A DNA stretch of 58,654 bases, counting the filler, from Basidiobolus ranarum (taxonomy: Eukaryota): NCBI GenBank assembly GCA_040143965.1. It is 7 parts of 7 records of this genome, joined end to end, with 100 filler letters (N's around TTAATTAATTAA, not from the genome) between each part and the next. Parts side by side here need not be neighbours in the genome. Positions count along the whole stretch, not along the records: positions 16,833 to 25,138 come from JASJQH010007862.1; positions 25,239 to 33,529 come from JASJQH010007863.1; positions 33,630 to 41,914 come from JASJQH010007864.1; 4 more parts are not named here. One strand, written 5' to 3'. The position numbers and the translations under genes are program-made. The notes beneath the pieces are model-generated. The model ran no database searches and was not told the DNA's origin. It worked only from the letters and a program-made list of their open reading frames with translations. Shown here one piece after another: positions 21,020 to 34,268 of this stretch (position 1 is its first letter; each line of letters begins with the position of its first letter).

Positions 21020-22510
21020 TCAATGGTGGTCGCTGATTTAATCTTGGAGTCGTCATAGTTTTTATAAGGCCATTTTTAATATCTTCAATGTTACGGATGC
21101 ACAAGCGCTTCTCAGTCGTGGTTATCTTCAGCAATAAAAATGGGATTTTTAAACAATATACGGTTATTAATTAGAGGACTATTTGTCAATACGCATCTTG
21201 AACTATAGGTATTGGTTCATGTCTATGTAGGTCGACAAATTCAGAAATTTTAATATTACTATGCATCTTGTACCACTCCAACCTGTTTTCTTCTACAAAA
21301 CTCGAGGAGGCTTTGTTTTGAAAACTTCAACGATATCTCTTGCTTAAATCTTAGAATTATAAACAAAGGAATGTGTAGAGTAAAGACTCCATTGATGGGG
21401 AACTGACAGTAATCAAGTTGTTTTAAGCAACAGCCATAAACATGGTTTATTTCAACTATGTGATCCAATAGTAAGTTATTATTAGGATCGAAAGCGTTGT
21501 TTTGTTGATCGTTTCTAAAGGTAACAGAAAGATCTGGCGTTACTCGGTATAACGCGTCAATACGCGAGAGTGACTTTGTTATATTGTTTACACAACAAAC
21601 CATACTAATTCGTACTATGATAATAGGTATCTTGTAAACAACAAATAAGTATTTAAATTTCCTCCCGGTCTCAGTGCAATTAATGTACTGACTCTTTGTT
21701 CTACTCCTAACTCCATCGGACTTTGTCTTTAAATCCCAGTCCGTCATTGTTTCATAACACATTACTACCATTCAGTATCTCTTGTACTCTTGTTTTGCTT
21801 GCCAGAGTTTCCTTGTTTTTTTAAATGGTTGCCATTACTATCGATTTTTTGAGCAAAGTAAACCTTTAATGGTTCCGGTCTACATGGATTTTTCAGTGGT
21901 ACCGTAGGAACCTGAACCATGACCCTTGAGTAAATATGAAAGGACCCCTTGAACTCTGATGTTATTGTAAACATTTGAGGAGGTTTTGATTCGACGTTGC
22001 TTCCCCATATCAAAGCCCAGTGTTTACCTTTTTTTATGACCCACCCTTTATCAGCCAATCCTCAAGCGGTAATTCGACAATGTAAACAATACACTTTTGG
22101 GATCACTTGTATTTCATTGTTGAACATGTTTACCCCATCGTACATATCATATTCCCCTGGAAAATAACCCATGCAGGATGTTTTCATCATCCTCACCATT
22201 TGACCAATCGGGGGGAGTTCCGTCTATTTTCAGTGGAAACGGTCGAAAATTAATGAAGTTTTTTGTTTACCATTTAAATGGTCTAAACCAATCACCGATG
22301 ATAATACCCTTCTAGTAAGTGACGCCATTTGTTGTGTGGCAAGTTCATACTAGGGTATGATATTTTCAAGTTGAGGAACCCAGTGGGAAATATTAGCCCA
22401 GGCACATCGAGTGGATTTGGGTGAATCTCTTCATTTAACTGGATCAGGATTCTAGATATCGGATGAAGGGCCAATTGATGACCATATCATATAATCTCGC
22501 ATTCTTTGAT
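21020..22510 (-). pseudogene. Decayed coding-like region, possibly transposon-derived
   Basis: A chain of abutting minus-strand ORFs (22292-22474, 21765-22058, 21259-21771) broken by frameshifts and stops. No family recognised. Confidence 0.3.
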
Positions 22511-23006
22511 CCCCTGCTCAATTAATATCAGCGATGGTGATAATAAGTATTTTATTTTAGTGTGGTTGAGTCGAGCCAGATTTTATTTGGTGAATTCCCT
22601 TGGTATCTTTAAACTACCACGCTGCTATTAATACCGATCTTACCTCGTCTCTTTACTACCGTAAATTGGATGAAACATACCCATCAATATCTTGAGGTGG
22701 CATAACCTAAGGAAAATCCATTTTTCTGTATTTATGCGGGGCTCTTCTCACAAGCGCATCATAATTTCCACACCAATAGCGCAATAGTATTATCACTGGT
22801 AATTCCAAGGTGAAATAGATTTTTTTTTAAATATTTACACTGCTAAAGTGGAATTACACAAAAAGTCGCAGGTGATACAACTCCTTTGCTAAAATCTCAC
22901 TAAGATATTCCTCTTATATGAAGATTACTTATGTGATGGATTTAAACTGCATTTTATCGTTCAGTCTTGCTATTAGGGGGCTGGGAAAAGAACATGGGTG
23001 CACCGT

Positions 23007-23259
23007 TTGGGGTTTCTAGCACAAGTTTGAAAAATCCATATATCTGAGAACATATAGGTTGATAAAAATATTCTAAGTATACTCTAATTGATATCTTAGT
23101 GAAGTATGGAATGATTAAATACTAAGCTATATATGACTATATAGGTGTTTAGATAATGCTCAATTCAACACTCTCCCTCAATGAAATAGTCATATTAACT
23201 AATCCCATAAAAAGTCTATATTTCTCCCACTTATTCCTAGCTAATAGCTTGATTAATAT
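23007..23259 (-). mobile_element. Copia RNase H tail, polypurine tract and 3' LTR (minus strand)
   Basis: The minus strand reads ILIKLLARNKWEKYRLFMGLV (copia RNase H end), then TTGAGGGAGAG (PPT, 23171-23181) directly before TGTTGAATTGAGCATT (LTR start at 23170). Confidence 0.8.
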
Positions 23260-23607
23260 TATTGAAATTGGCATTGTCCAAACACCTATATACTCATATA
23301 TAGCTTAGTATTTAATTATCCTATATTGAACTAAGATATCTCCTATTATTCCCAATCGGAATTTACTTAGAATATTTTTACCAGCTTAGAAGTTCTCAGA
23401 TATATAGATTTTTCAGACTTGTGCTAGAAGCCTCAAACTTTGCACACATGTTCCTGGGACCTTCCTTAACACATTCTACTTGTTAGATTGCTTATGTCTT
23501 GAAAAAACTATAAATGTCTATTGAATACTCAATAAGCCAACAAGTGAAAACCACCAATATCTCTATTTCTCAAAACCACTTCCAACAGGCTTCCATAGTA
23601 CTTTAGT
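23260..23607 (+). mobile_element. Copia LTR copy abutting the RNase H remnant
   Basis: Near full-length match to the LTR at 23928-24247. Confidence 0.85.
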
Positions 23608-23927
23608 CCTTTTGACATGATTAGAAGATATTTTTTAATTATATCACTTGTGCTTGAATGACTGGTTAAGCAAACATTGGAGCTTTCAGTAACTATTGAA
23701 ACAAGAGCAGGCATTTGTTATTCTTGAAAGTTTCTCTTTTTCCATTTTGAATATTACTTGACACTTTATTAAAGTGAGCTGTGCCTCTCCCTTTATTCTT
23801 TTCATGATCTCAAAACTCTTAGGAATATTATAAGTAATTACCACAATCACTGCACCACCTTTTATTTGTATGAACCATAAGTAAAGCATATTATTAATCT
23901 CTATGAATATAGATATCAACAGCATAT

Positions 23928-24419
23928 TGTTGAAATTAACATTGCCTAAACACCTATATAGTCATATATAGCTTAGTACTTAGTTATCTTATAATTCACT
24001 AAGATATTATCCATTATTCTCATGAGGAATTTACTTAGAAGTTCTCAGATATATAGATTTTTCAAAGAAGCCCCAAACCTTGCACACATGTTCCTGGGAC
24101 CTTCCTTAACACATTTTACATGTTGGTTTGTTTACATCTTGACAAAACTATAATTGTCAACTTTGTACTCAATAAATAAACAAGTGAAAACCACCAATTC
24201 CTCTAATTCTCCAAACCACTTCCAACAGGCTCCCAAATACTTTAACAGTTTATGAGCCCCAAGCTTGTACTCTCTGTAATGTCTACTTCTCAAATTTATG
24301 GAACTTTTCCCTGTTCTAAAGAATTGGATGGAATGAATTATCAAGTTTGGAAAATTAATATGAAAATGCTGCTGTTAGAAAAAGGACTTTGGGACATTGT
24401 TGTAACACATATTGTGTGA
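23928..24419 (+). mobile_element. Copia 5' LTR (23928-24247), PBS (24248-24259) and gag N-terminus (24279-24419)
   Basis: LTR runs TGTTGAAATT...TACTTTAACA and is followed at once by GTTTATGAGCCC. Then MSTSQIYGTFPCSKELDGMNYQVWKINMKMLLLEKGLWDIV, the copia gag LxGxNYxxW...M...L...LWDIV motif. Confidence 0.9.
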
Positions 24420-25032
24420 AGCAGTGTTTACAATGCCTATGGTATAGTAAAAGTTTGGCCAAAATACAATTCCCAGAAAAAAACTAGCAATGCCCTATAT
24501 GAAAGTCTGCATGGGTAATGAAGAAAATCTCCTGGCTAATGATTGTTTTGTAGCTTATGATATCAAACATATTATTCTCATTGGTCTACTCCAAAGTATC
24601 ATATATATCTCAAGTAGATTATCATATGCTTTTAGCCACATGTCCCTCTTATGTTAAATACATATGTTAGATATTTGATCTATATTTAATAACTCAGTTA
24701 CTCTTAGTTATGTTGCATAGATGAGAAACAAGAAGGCCTGGTATCTTCAGCCTCTATATTCCAAATAGGATCAACTCTATATCTGTTTAATTAGTCTGAC
24801 TTATTACCCTCTCTTATCTATTATATCTTACTACACAAACTTCTGATTATCTTTAGAAATTGTCCTAGAGTTAGCAAAGTTGAGCTTAGGATTTCAATGA
24901 AGTTCAAATCAATCTCAAAATAGCCCACTTTATCTTCACAGATGTTCTGATTAAAAACCTATTATCAGTTTTTGTACTTCCACCAAAACATTTTTGATAT
25001 AGGCATAGCCTAAGCATCTAAATAGTCATATT

Positions 25033-25138
25033 TGTTAAAGTATTTGGGAGCCTGTTGGAAGTGGTTTGGAGAATTAGAGGAATTGGTGGTTTTCACTTAT
25101 TGATTTATTGAGTAGAAAGTTGACATTTATAGTTTTGT
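25033..25138 (-). mobile_element. 3' part of copia LTR at contig end
   Basis: TGTTAAAGTATTTGGGAGCCTGTTGGAAGTGG is the reverse complement of the LTR end at ~24216-24247. Confidence 0.88.
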
Positions 25139-25238
25139 NNNNNNNNNNNNNNNNNNNNNNNNNNNNNNNNNNNNNNNNNNNNTTAATTAATTAANNNNNN
25201 NNNNNNNNNNNNNNNNNNNNNNNNNNNNNNNNNNNNNN

Positions 25239-26338
25239 TCATGTTATAATATACGTGATTAGGCGTGCGTTACAAGTTAAAATACGCGTGGAATGGCTGT
25301 ACTTAAACAGAAGCCACAGTATTTTGACTTGGACTAGAGCGTGGGGCATTCTGTTCAAATATAGAGTGTGAGACACATATGTATAGCTCGATGTATGTTC
25401 GGAATCAAAATTTACGTAGTTGGTACGGCTTTCATTTTCTGATAGAGAAAGAGCTAGAGCAATTTGCAACTCCTCTTCCTCTTTGAGTTTCTCCAATTCA
25501 GACTAGAAATAAGGATGTTAGGGTTGTTTGTAGGATGAAGAAGCATAATGCAACGGGAAAACGAACTTCGGTAGGCTTTTTGGGTGCTTCTGGTGTAGGA
25601 AATTGGTAATCTAAAATGCAGATGAATCACTTAGTAAAAGTGGGTATTCTTCACGAAGAAAAAAAGTAAAACTTTACTTTGTGCTCTTAATTGCGAATAA
25701 GTTTCTTGCATTAAATTAAGGGAAGTATCATTACGAAACTCGAAATTCCAAAGCTGGATGAGTTCAAGGATTCTTTTTTTCACAAGTTCGTGAACATTCT
25801 GTCAGAAAATGATGCTTAAGTATGAAACTCGAGATCTCTATTAAAACTAAAAGAATAGATATACGAACACGATCGTTAAGCATACGAACGAGATGAGTAG
25901 TGAAGGCTCTAGAAGAAACTTCTCGATGAACTTCTATACCGCAATTTTTGACTAATGCTTCTGTAAGCTATATAAAAATTGAAGTTACTAAGAGCATTAT
26001 AGTTAAGTCAGTTTGTCAGCTTACCGATAGTGCATAAAGGAGCACATTAGCGTTACGGTGAGTTAATCTTTTGGAAACTGCTGCAATACAATCTCTGCCT
26101 CTAAAATGATATATTTAAGTGATATCAATATAAGTTGGAACAAAACATTAAATAGAACCTTACCCATCGGTAGTTCTATTGACTCTATCACAAACAGCCA
26201 GAATAAGTTCCCAGTTGTCAGAAGTTAGATTTTCACTAGTAGCGTTAGCTAAAGGAAAGTAAGCATGATATAATCTCAAGTTTTATGTTCACTCTACTCA
26301 CTAACTACTTCATCGAAAGGATTTGCGCCCTTAAACAT
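25239..26338 (-). CDS. HSE1: ESCRT-0 subunit Hse1/STAM (VHS + UIM), 3' truncated, multi-exon
   Basis: VHS domain MFKGANPFDEVV|ANATSENLTSDNWELILAVCDRVN...KRLTHRNANVLLYALS|LTEALVKNCG. It is followed by the UIM KEEEELQIALALSLSE with no FYVE domain in between. Confidence 0.88.
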
Positions 26339-27343
26339 TCCAATTAATTTTAAAAAGGTCTTAAACTTTGTGAGTAGTAAAGTGAGGTGAAGAGGTAACA
26401 GTAACAGATAAAAGTCAAGGAAATCTGCTTGATATTTACTTCAAATCCATCAATTAATAATACCGCAGGTAGATTTACACAACTTCCAAACTATTCTTGG
26501 CATTCACAGTTCAGGTAAGCATATTGCAAAAGTTGAATGATTAAAATGTGGATGATCTCACCCACACTTCGAAATATAACATACTGGGTTTAAAAATTCT
26601 ATTTATGCGAGATCCAGATGGTTAGTGGAAGCGGAGTTTGATACAGAATGAATGTAAGGCGCGTGTTCAAAAACCACGACTAGCCAGCTTGTACATAAGA
26701 GGTCACCAGAGTTGGAAAACCTTTGTTCTTTGAGGGAGCGCCCTGGTGGTGGATTATACGAACAAATTGAAGAGCCTGAATGAATTGTCGGGATTCCAGC
26801 TTCTGCATAATGCAACGGAGAATCCGAATCCATCTGGTGCAACACTCTTCCAAGCATAAACTGAAACGTACTAGTCCTCAGATACAAGTAATCTTGAAAC
26901 ACGATGCGACCTACGTAAGGGGCCCAATATCTAATTATTCCTTCCAATATCCTGCTTCATATTCTCTGATTCCGAGAAAACTATGATCCAACGCAAATTG
27001 GGTGGTTATTTGAATGGCTTCGATACTTTTATTTTAGTAGTTATCTGCACTTGGAGCTACAATCCATTTAAATTGTCCGTACCGCCACTTTTTCAACGAA
27101 TTCTATGCTAATACAAACTCTACGGTCCAATCATAGAATAATTTGGACAACAGAGGAAATTGCTGACAATTTCACAACCAATCACTGTCATCATATAGGT
27201 GTAGTTATGCCCAATTTGTTTATTAGGTTTCCGTTTGGAAATTGATACTTGTTTCTCTTTGCCTCCTTAGCCTTCCATACATCTCATCTCACTCAGTTCT
27301 TATTCTCAGATTCCACCGGCAAGTTTAACCTTTTACAAGAAAA

Positions 27344-27691
27344 ATGAGTGGATATTCTATATTGATAGTTGCTGCAGTTATCGCTGTCCTTTGCATAGCA
27401 GCTTATTTTTTGAGTCCCAAGGGTCCTGATCAAACGTGAGTGTACTTTTTCAGCCTGAAGCAACTGTCTTTTCTTTTTCCTAACTACTTTGAATTATATA
27501 GTCTTTACCGTACAAGCATCATCTTAGCACTTATTTGCATGTATCTTATGTAAGCTCTCTTATATGCCCTCGAAATCACTGCATCGATACTAATTTTTTT
27601 AAATAGGTGGGCAATCACTTACATGGCGCAATTGAACCCGTTGATTGCTCCCAGACGCTCTGATTTAAAACCTCACACTGAAGGTCATTAA
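27344..27691 (+). CDS. VMA9: V-type ATPase V0 subunit e (3 exons)
   Basis: MSGYSILIVAAVIAVLCIAAYFLSPKGPDQT|LYRTSIILALICMYLM|WAITYMAQLNPLIAPRRSDLKPHTEGH*. Confidence 0.93.
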
Positions 27692-29953
27692 AGAATACTA
27701 TTTTCAGATACATCCTTAAATATATCTTTGTTATTGAATGGATGAAGAACTTCGTCTTCCATACCTTGGGTTATTTACCATAATATCGTTATGGTACCCG
27801 TTTTCTTTATCAGATAAAAACTTACGTAATAGTGCAATCTATTACCTTAGTTCTCGCCATCTACGAATAAACTGTTACATTGTCTTAATTGTCTTGAGCT
27901 TCGAGTAATGATAGACGTGTTTAGTAAGTCAAACCAAGTAGATATATTCGGTTTCTTTCGCAGTTTAGAGCACAATTGGGATCCAAAATTTTGACTTCTC
28001 AGTGAATATCGAGACTGAAGTATTTAACTTTGGTACTTTGAGACTAGTGCTAGAATAAAATGGGATTTATTAAGCCAACATTCAGCAGAATTGGTAACGA
28101 GGTATGTTTCATTTGCGTCTTATTCTTGTCAAGGCATATGTAGGCGGTCCTTAGTTATTGGAAATACGCGACCTTACATTGTTTGTATAGTATTTTGAGT
28201 TCATGTATCCAACAGAGTTGCTTGAACTCCAAGCTGAAGTTTATGTGTAGTGTCAAACGCTATTAAGCTAGTGTTATTAAATCAAGTTTATCTCATATTT
28301 TGTTATTATTTGCCAAAAGACTATCTCGTTGCTTACACAAAAGCCAAAAAAGCGGAGTTCAAATTGGCAGTGATTTGGGCTCTGTAAACAACACATTTGG
28401 GACTGAAATCAGGACTAACGGATTGGAGACTTTTAACTATCTCTATAATCAGTGCTCTAATTCACATCTTGTTCGGAGTAACTCTCGCCCGTGCACGGAG
28501 AATACCTCAGGAGATAATCGTCTATATTGAAGAATAGTTGACCAGTACTCAATTGGTCAAAGAAAGCTGGTAGTCTTCATTATCATGCTAAACTCGACCT
28601 TCTCCTCAGATATATCTCGAGATACCTCTCTCGGAATGTGTACGAACCCGTAGGATTTTCGGATTTCTGAAACCTACGTTTATCAGATATGTTGCGTTGC
28701 GAAGATTCCGATGTAAATTCAGTTTGTTGATTCGGTTTCGAAGGTTCGACTCTTGTTATATGAGAATTCATTTCCCAGTCTGCATATTGCAGAAGTCAAA
28801 GTTTCCACGCCTTGATTGAGATACTATTGTCGAGGCCATGGCTACCCACCCTTGAGTTTTTCAGGGCATCCGTTTCAGATAACCGAGTTTGAGCTAAATT
28901 AGCAGGAATCGCACATTAAAATAATGCGTAACATAAAGTTTGCGGGCTCTGTGTAATCGTTTGTACCGGAGATATCTTTTTGGGAGAGTTTAGAACATTG
29001 TCACTCTCATAGCCTGCAGAAATTTACTCTTAAGCAGGCTTCACTTGAACGCAATAGCTTATTCCCATCATAATGCTGATTGAAATTGAGATCTGAGTAA
29101 AATAGATTACAAACGTGAGGATTACATGTCCATTACATCGCATTCTGTGTTGTGCTGGCACCGTGGGCGATTGCCACTTGCTTTATGGATTGGGTTGCTT
29201 CTTCCTGTGGCATTAATGAGAATTGCTAGTTTGGATCCAAATTTGAAATCTTCAATGGATCAAACTAATACAACATTATTATTGATGTCCGAAAGGCCGT
29301 TTCGATATTTGGGTTATGACTGTTTGCTTTGACGACTGCAGATCTCTGTCATACTCCAGTCTCAAGAGTTTGAAGTGAATAATCATAGGTTTATAAGGAA
29401 CAAGTATAGCTGGATCAAGTTCCTATACATCATAGCAACCTGATCCCCACAAGCACATGATAATAGCCACTAAGTCCTGTGCTGGATATCAGCATAAAAC
29501 ACGGCTATGTTGAAGGCAACTAGAATCACTAGGTCATGAAATCCAAATGGTGTACTATGCACTCCTACATCTGAATTATAAATGAGCGATTTACATAGAG
29601 TTCGTGCTCCAGTCATCTGATCATCCGTTTGTTTGTTACATATGATCCGCACAACAGATGCCAACATGGAGTACCTACACTGTACGTCAGGGCTAAAAAG
29701 GTATTGTACACAGAAGGACAGAAGTTTCGAGATATGCCATCAAGGGGCTTGTTTGAGAAAAAGTTTCGATTCCTCAGCACTGATTTTTATATTAAATCAA
29801 TTCCCATCGCCCAAATCTCTTGTAGTAAGTTTAAACTTTGTTGTTTGTCGCTCTCTAGTAACCGTGAAGTTCTTCACAACCTTTTAACCCTCTTTAAACT
29901 TAAACATTAACAGTACAAACAACACTGCTTATCCTTACTTGGGTTCTTGCAAA

Positions 29954-31321
29954 ATGAAAGGACATGTATTTTTCGTGGTGATGTGTTGGTGTTTTCTGGC
30001 GATAAACCCGCTTTTCCAAGCCTTTGGATGTGAACAAATTACGCAACGTCGAGAAATCCATGAATTGTCGGATCTGGAAAGACAAAATCTCATCAACGCT
30101 TTGAAAGAACTAAAAGAGTCCGGGGAGTACGATAGATTAACCCAAGTTCATGTTTTAGCTTTCAAAAATGTCCATGGAAAGCCTTCCTTTTTCCCATGGC
30201 ATAGAAAATCGCTAAGAGAATTCGAGTTGGCTTTACAGCAAATAGATCCATCACTCTCTCTTCCGTATTGGGTAAGCGATTTCAAATTAAAAACTGTGAT
30301 TGTTGTGGTATTTACACACTATTGGTACATCTTTTATAGGATTGGACTTTGGACTCACAAGCACCAGAGACCAGTAAAGTGTTTGAATGGTTTGGGGGAA
30401 ATGGCAGCTCTGATGATAACTGTGTGGGAGATTTTCCGTTACCTTCTTGGGAAACAGTCTCTCCTAATGAAAGCTGTCTCAGAAGACAGTTTACTTTGGA
30501 TGGGAGTAAAATTCCACCATTTTATCCTCCCGAAATTATTGAGGAAGCTATATCTGATTCTGAGAGTTTTGAGGAATTGCGTCACGTAATTGAAATGGGT
30601 CCGCATGGCAGCGTACATATTGGAATCAATGGACATATGAGTCAATATAACAGTCCTAATGAGTAGGTGATCAACATTTCTCCTTCAAAGACAAATCTAG
30701 GCTAATTTCCTTCTTCAAAGTCCATTGTTTTGGCTTCATCATGCCTTTATAGATAAGATTTGGGCCGATTGGCAAAACAGGCACGGCGATCTAGTTGAAC
30801 ATTATGCAAGTGATGAACACTCCATTCAAGACACCTTGCCGCAGTTCAGTACTCGAGTAGAGGAAGTATTAAGCGTGTCAAGTTTATGCTACGAATACGT
30901 CAATACTCAGTCCGCATCAGATTCCAATAACGAAACTCCACAGACACGAATGTTTCTTAATCGCTTTTCAGAGCAATTAAAAAGGATATGGAAGAGTACA
31001 CAAGCATTTCCGAAAGATTTCATTCATCCCCCTGATTATTCGAAAATTTATGGAGGGCCAAATGCTAATGACCGAACGGAAGTCAAATTGTTAAGATATC
31101 CATTGGGACTGCCCACAGAATATGTGGATATGATGGGATGGAACTTAACTCTTGTACGAAAATACGAGTCCAAGTTTGCCAGGATTATTTCAGAGATTAA
31201 TCGAACCTCAGAATATCTCTCTCCAGCGGCCTTAGTAAGACGTGATATCAGACAACGAATGAAGAATATCTGGGCCAAAGTAAGACCTTGGAACAATAAA
31301 CCAAGATCCCAAAATCGATGA
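29954..31321 (+). CDS. Secreted tyrosinase-family di-copper protein (exons 29954-30271, 30340-30662, 30721-31321)
   Basis: Signal peptide; RREIHELS; CuA site HVLAFKNVHGKPSFFPWHR; PYWDW across intron 1; CuB site HGSVH and SPND|PLFWLHHAFIDKIW. Confidence 0.95.
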
Positions 31322-32798
31322 ATATCCCGATGACTTTAAGCATCTACAGGCTCACCCTTCACAATTGTGCTTAATAGATTTTGCACCTCTATAAATAGCT
31401 AAAATATCACCAAACCCACCACCAACTTCTGAAATACAACACTAACTACGAAGTACATGTTAGTGGTATTAACCCTCCAGGCTCTCCTAAAATTATGTCC
31501 CCAGGCTAACTAGTAATAAAAATCACAAATACAACTCGATACATTTCCAACATTCTGTATCTCAAAACTCAGCATCTCTAAATTCGACCAGTAGCTTAAA
31601 ATCGATGGCTCGGTGATTAAAACCCATCCTTTCATCGGTGCATGTTGAGGTAAAACCATGGTTTCATTAGAATTAGGTTTGTGTCTAAGCCATCGGAAGA
31701 CAACACCAAATTAACCCTCATCTTGTTAGTCTATCAAGGGCCAAGGTGCTACATTTACTTTTGACCAATACAGATGATAATTAAAAGAATGATCTACGAT
31801 TGGTCTAACATTGGTATTAACTATGTTGCCATTAATACCAGTCATTGCCAAGACCCATCGCAGTGATACTATAAATCTTCTCATACTAAAGCAGTCCAAA
31901 GAACGGGGCTCAACCTGCACCATCTCTACTAAGGCCGGCAGGTAAAACATAACTGAACTCATCGCGGTATCACCAGGTATTGATGACAGAGACGAATGTT
32001 ATGCCAGTTGGATTATAAACTGTGAATACGCTAGCTCCTACCCAGATCTAGTAAAAATTGCATGAAGATTATCTTGGCAATTACTATGATTCAAAAAATA
32101 GAACACCCAAGTGGTGACCATTAAGAGATAGTCTCATTATCACATGTCAGTCATCTCATCATGGAGAGTGGATACTAAATTTGTATTCTCGAATGTATCA
32201 CGAATAATGTCGTTAAATCAAAACACCTCCGTATTGAGATGGCTGGTCCAATACTTCAAGTTTGGCATTGAAAATTGAGGAAACACGCTCGTTACAATTT
32301 TTCATATATAAATCACTTATATCTATCAGTATAAGTATTGATCTCACGTTTGGCCAATAATAAATCAACACAAGGAGGTACGTAATTTGGACGAGACGTC
32401 TTAATATATATGTTGCCTCACACGTAACTGAAGCTTCCAGCTTACAATCTCATTCGTTCAGAGCGTATGATTGGCCAAGTATTTACCAATCTTATTGCGT
32501 GTGTTTATCCAGTACATGCCCATATTGTAACAGGGCTATAATATCATAAATGTGTTACCAGAGGGTGGCATTTGCAACGTGGTTAATTTTAGTTAGATAT
32601 GCGCCCTAAATAGACCAATTTTGTTCTCTATATAGTACTTTCCCCATTAGTAGATGAAGCCAATCAAAGGTCAAAATACATCATTGTTCCTCCACTGGTT
32701 GGTTAGCACCGCAGTATATAAGATATGCTTTTGATAGAAAGTGGAGAGTGTTAAGCTCTTCAGAAGTAAAACCTCTGTCTATTCTTGATACTTCAAAC

Positions 32799-33529
<731 letters not shown>

Positions 33530-34268
33530 NNNNNNNNNNNNNNNNNNNNNNNNNNNNNNNNNNNNNNNNNNNNTTAATTAATTAANNNNNNNNNNNNNNN
33601 NNNNNNNNNNNNNNNNNNNNNNNNNNNNNATGGCTGAATTCAGCTGATTGCTGTGATGAAAGTTGAGGATAGATGGGGTCAAGAAAGACTTACCAACACT
33701 TTACCTGTTATGAAAGAGTAAGCTGGCGATGTACACTTACAGTGCCAAGGATGGATCCAAAACAAATGGCCATTGTAGGAATACAGTGTTATCGTGAAAC
33801 ATGTTTGGTTGGTCAATGTTAACAAATCATGTCAGTTAAGTTTATTTGATCTTTGGATTGTTGTAAATATCCTAGCCACCATCGCTTATGCCCCTACAGC
33901 CTCATACAAATATGTGGTTCCCTGTGTTCTAGTTAAGCCATTTTTGTATCCATAGTTACACGAGTATTTGCTAGGATCCAAAGACTTGACAGTAACGAAT
34001 ACCCATGGTTTTGGTAGGGAATACACTAATTGACTTGTAAATCTCACACTTTTTTGTAATTAATTCAGTATTCGTAATTACCTATAGCCGAGCACTGACA
34101 AATATAGCCTGGATTACCCCTGAATACGAGCTAAATAAAATACCCAAGTGTCTTGATTTGTTAGTTTAGCAATCGCGTCTTCTTTCAGTTTGCAATCTTC
34201 AAGGTAAAAACTCTTCCACACCATTGCATATATACCCTTCATATTTATCTAACTGTGTGGTGAAATAG

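Noticed and set aside
26603-26947. 114-aa ORF with YAEAGIPTI, faintly like an M28 peptidase segment
   Set aside because: It has no ATG start and no metal-binding motifs, and it lies between two divergent genes. Too weak to call.
28060-28250. Possible two-exon micro-ORF MGFIKPTFSRIGNE|YFEFMYPTELLELQAEVYV
   Set aside because: The splice signals are plausible, but 33 aa with no recognisable homology could arise by chance.
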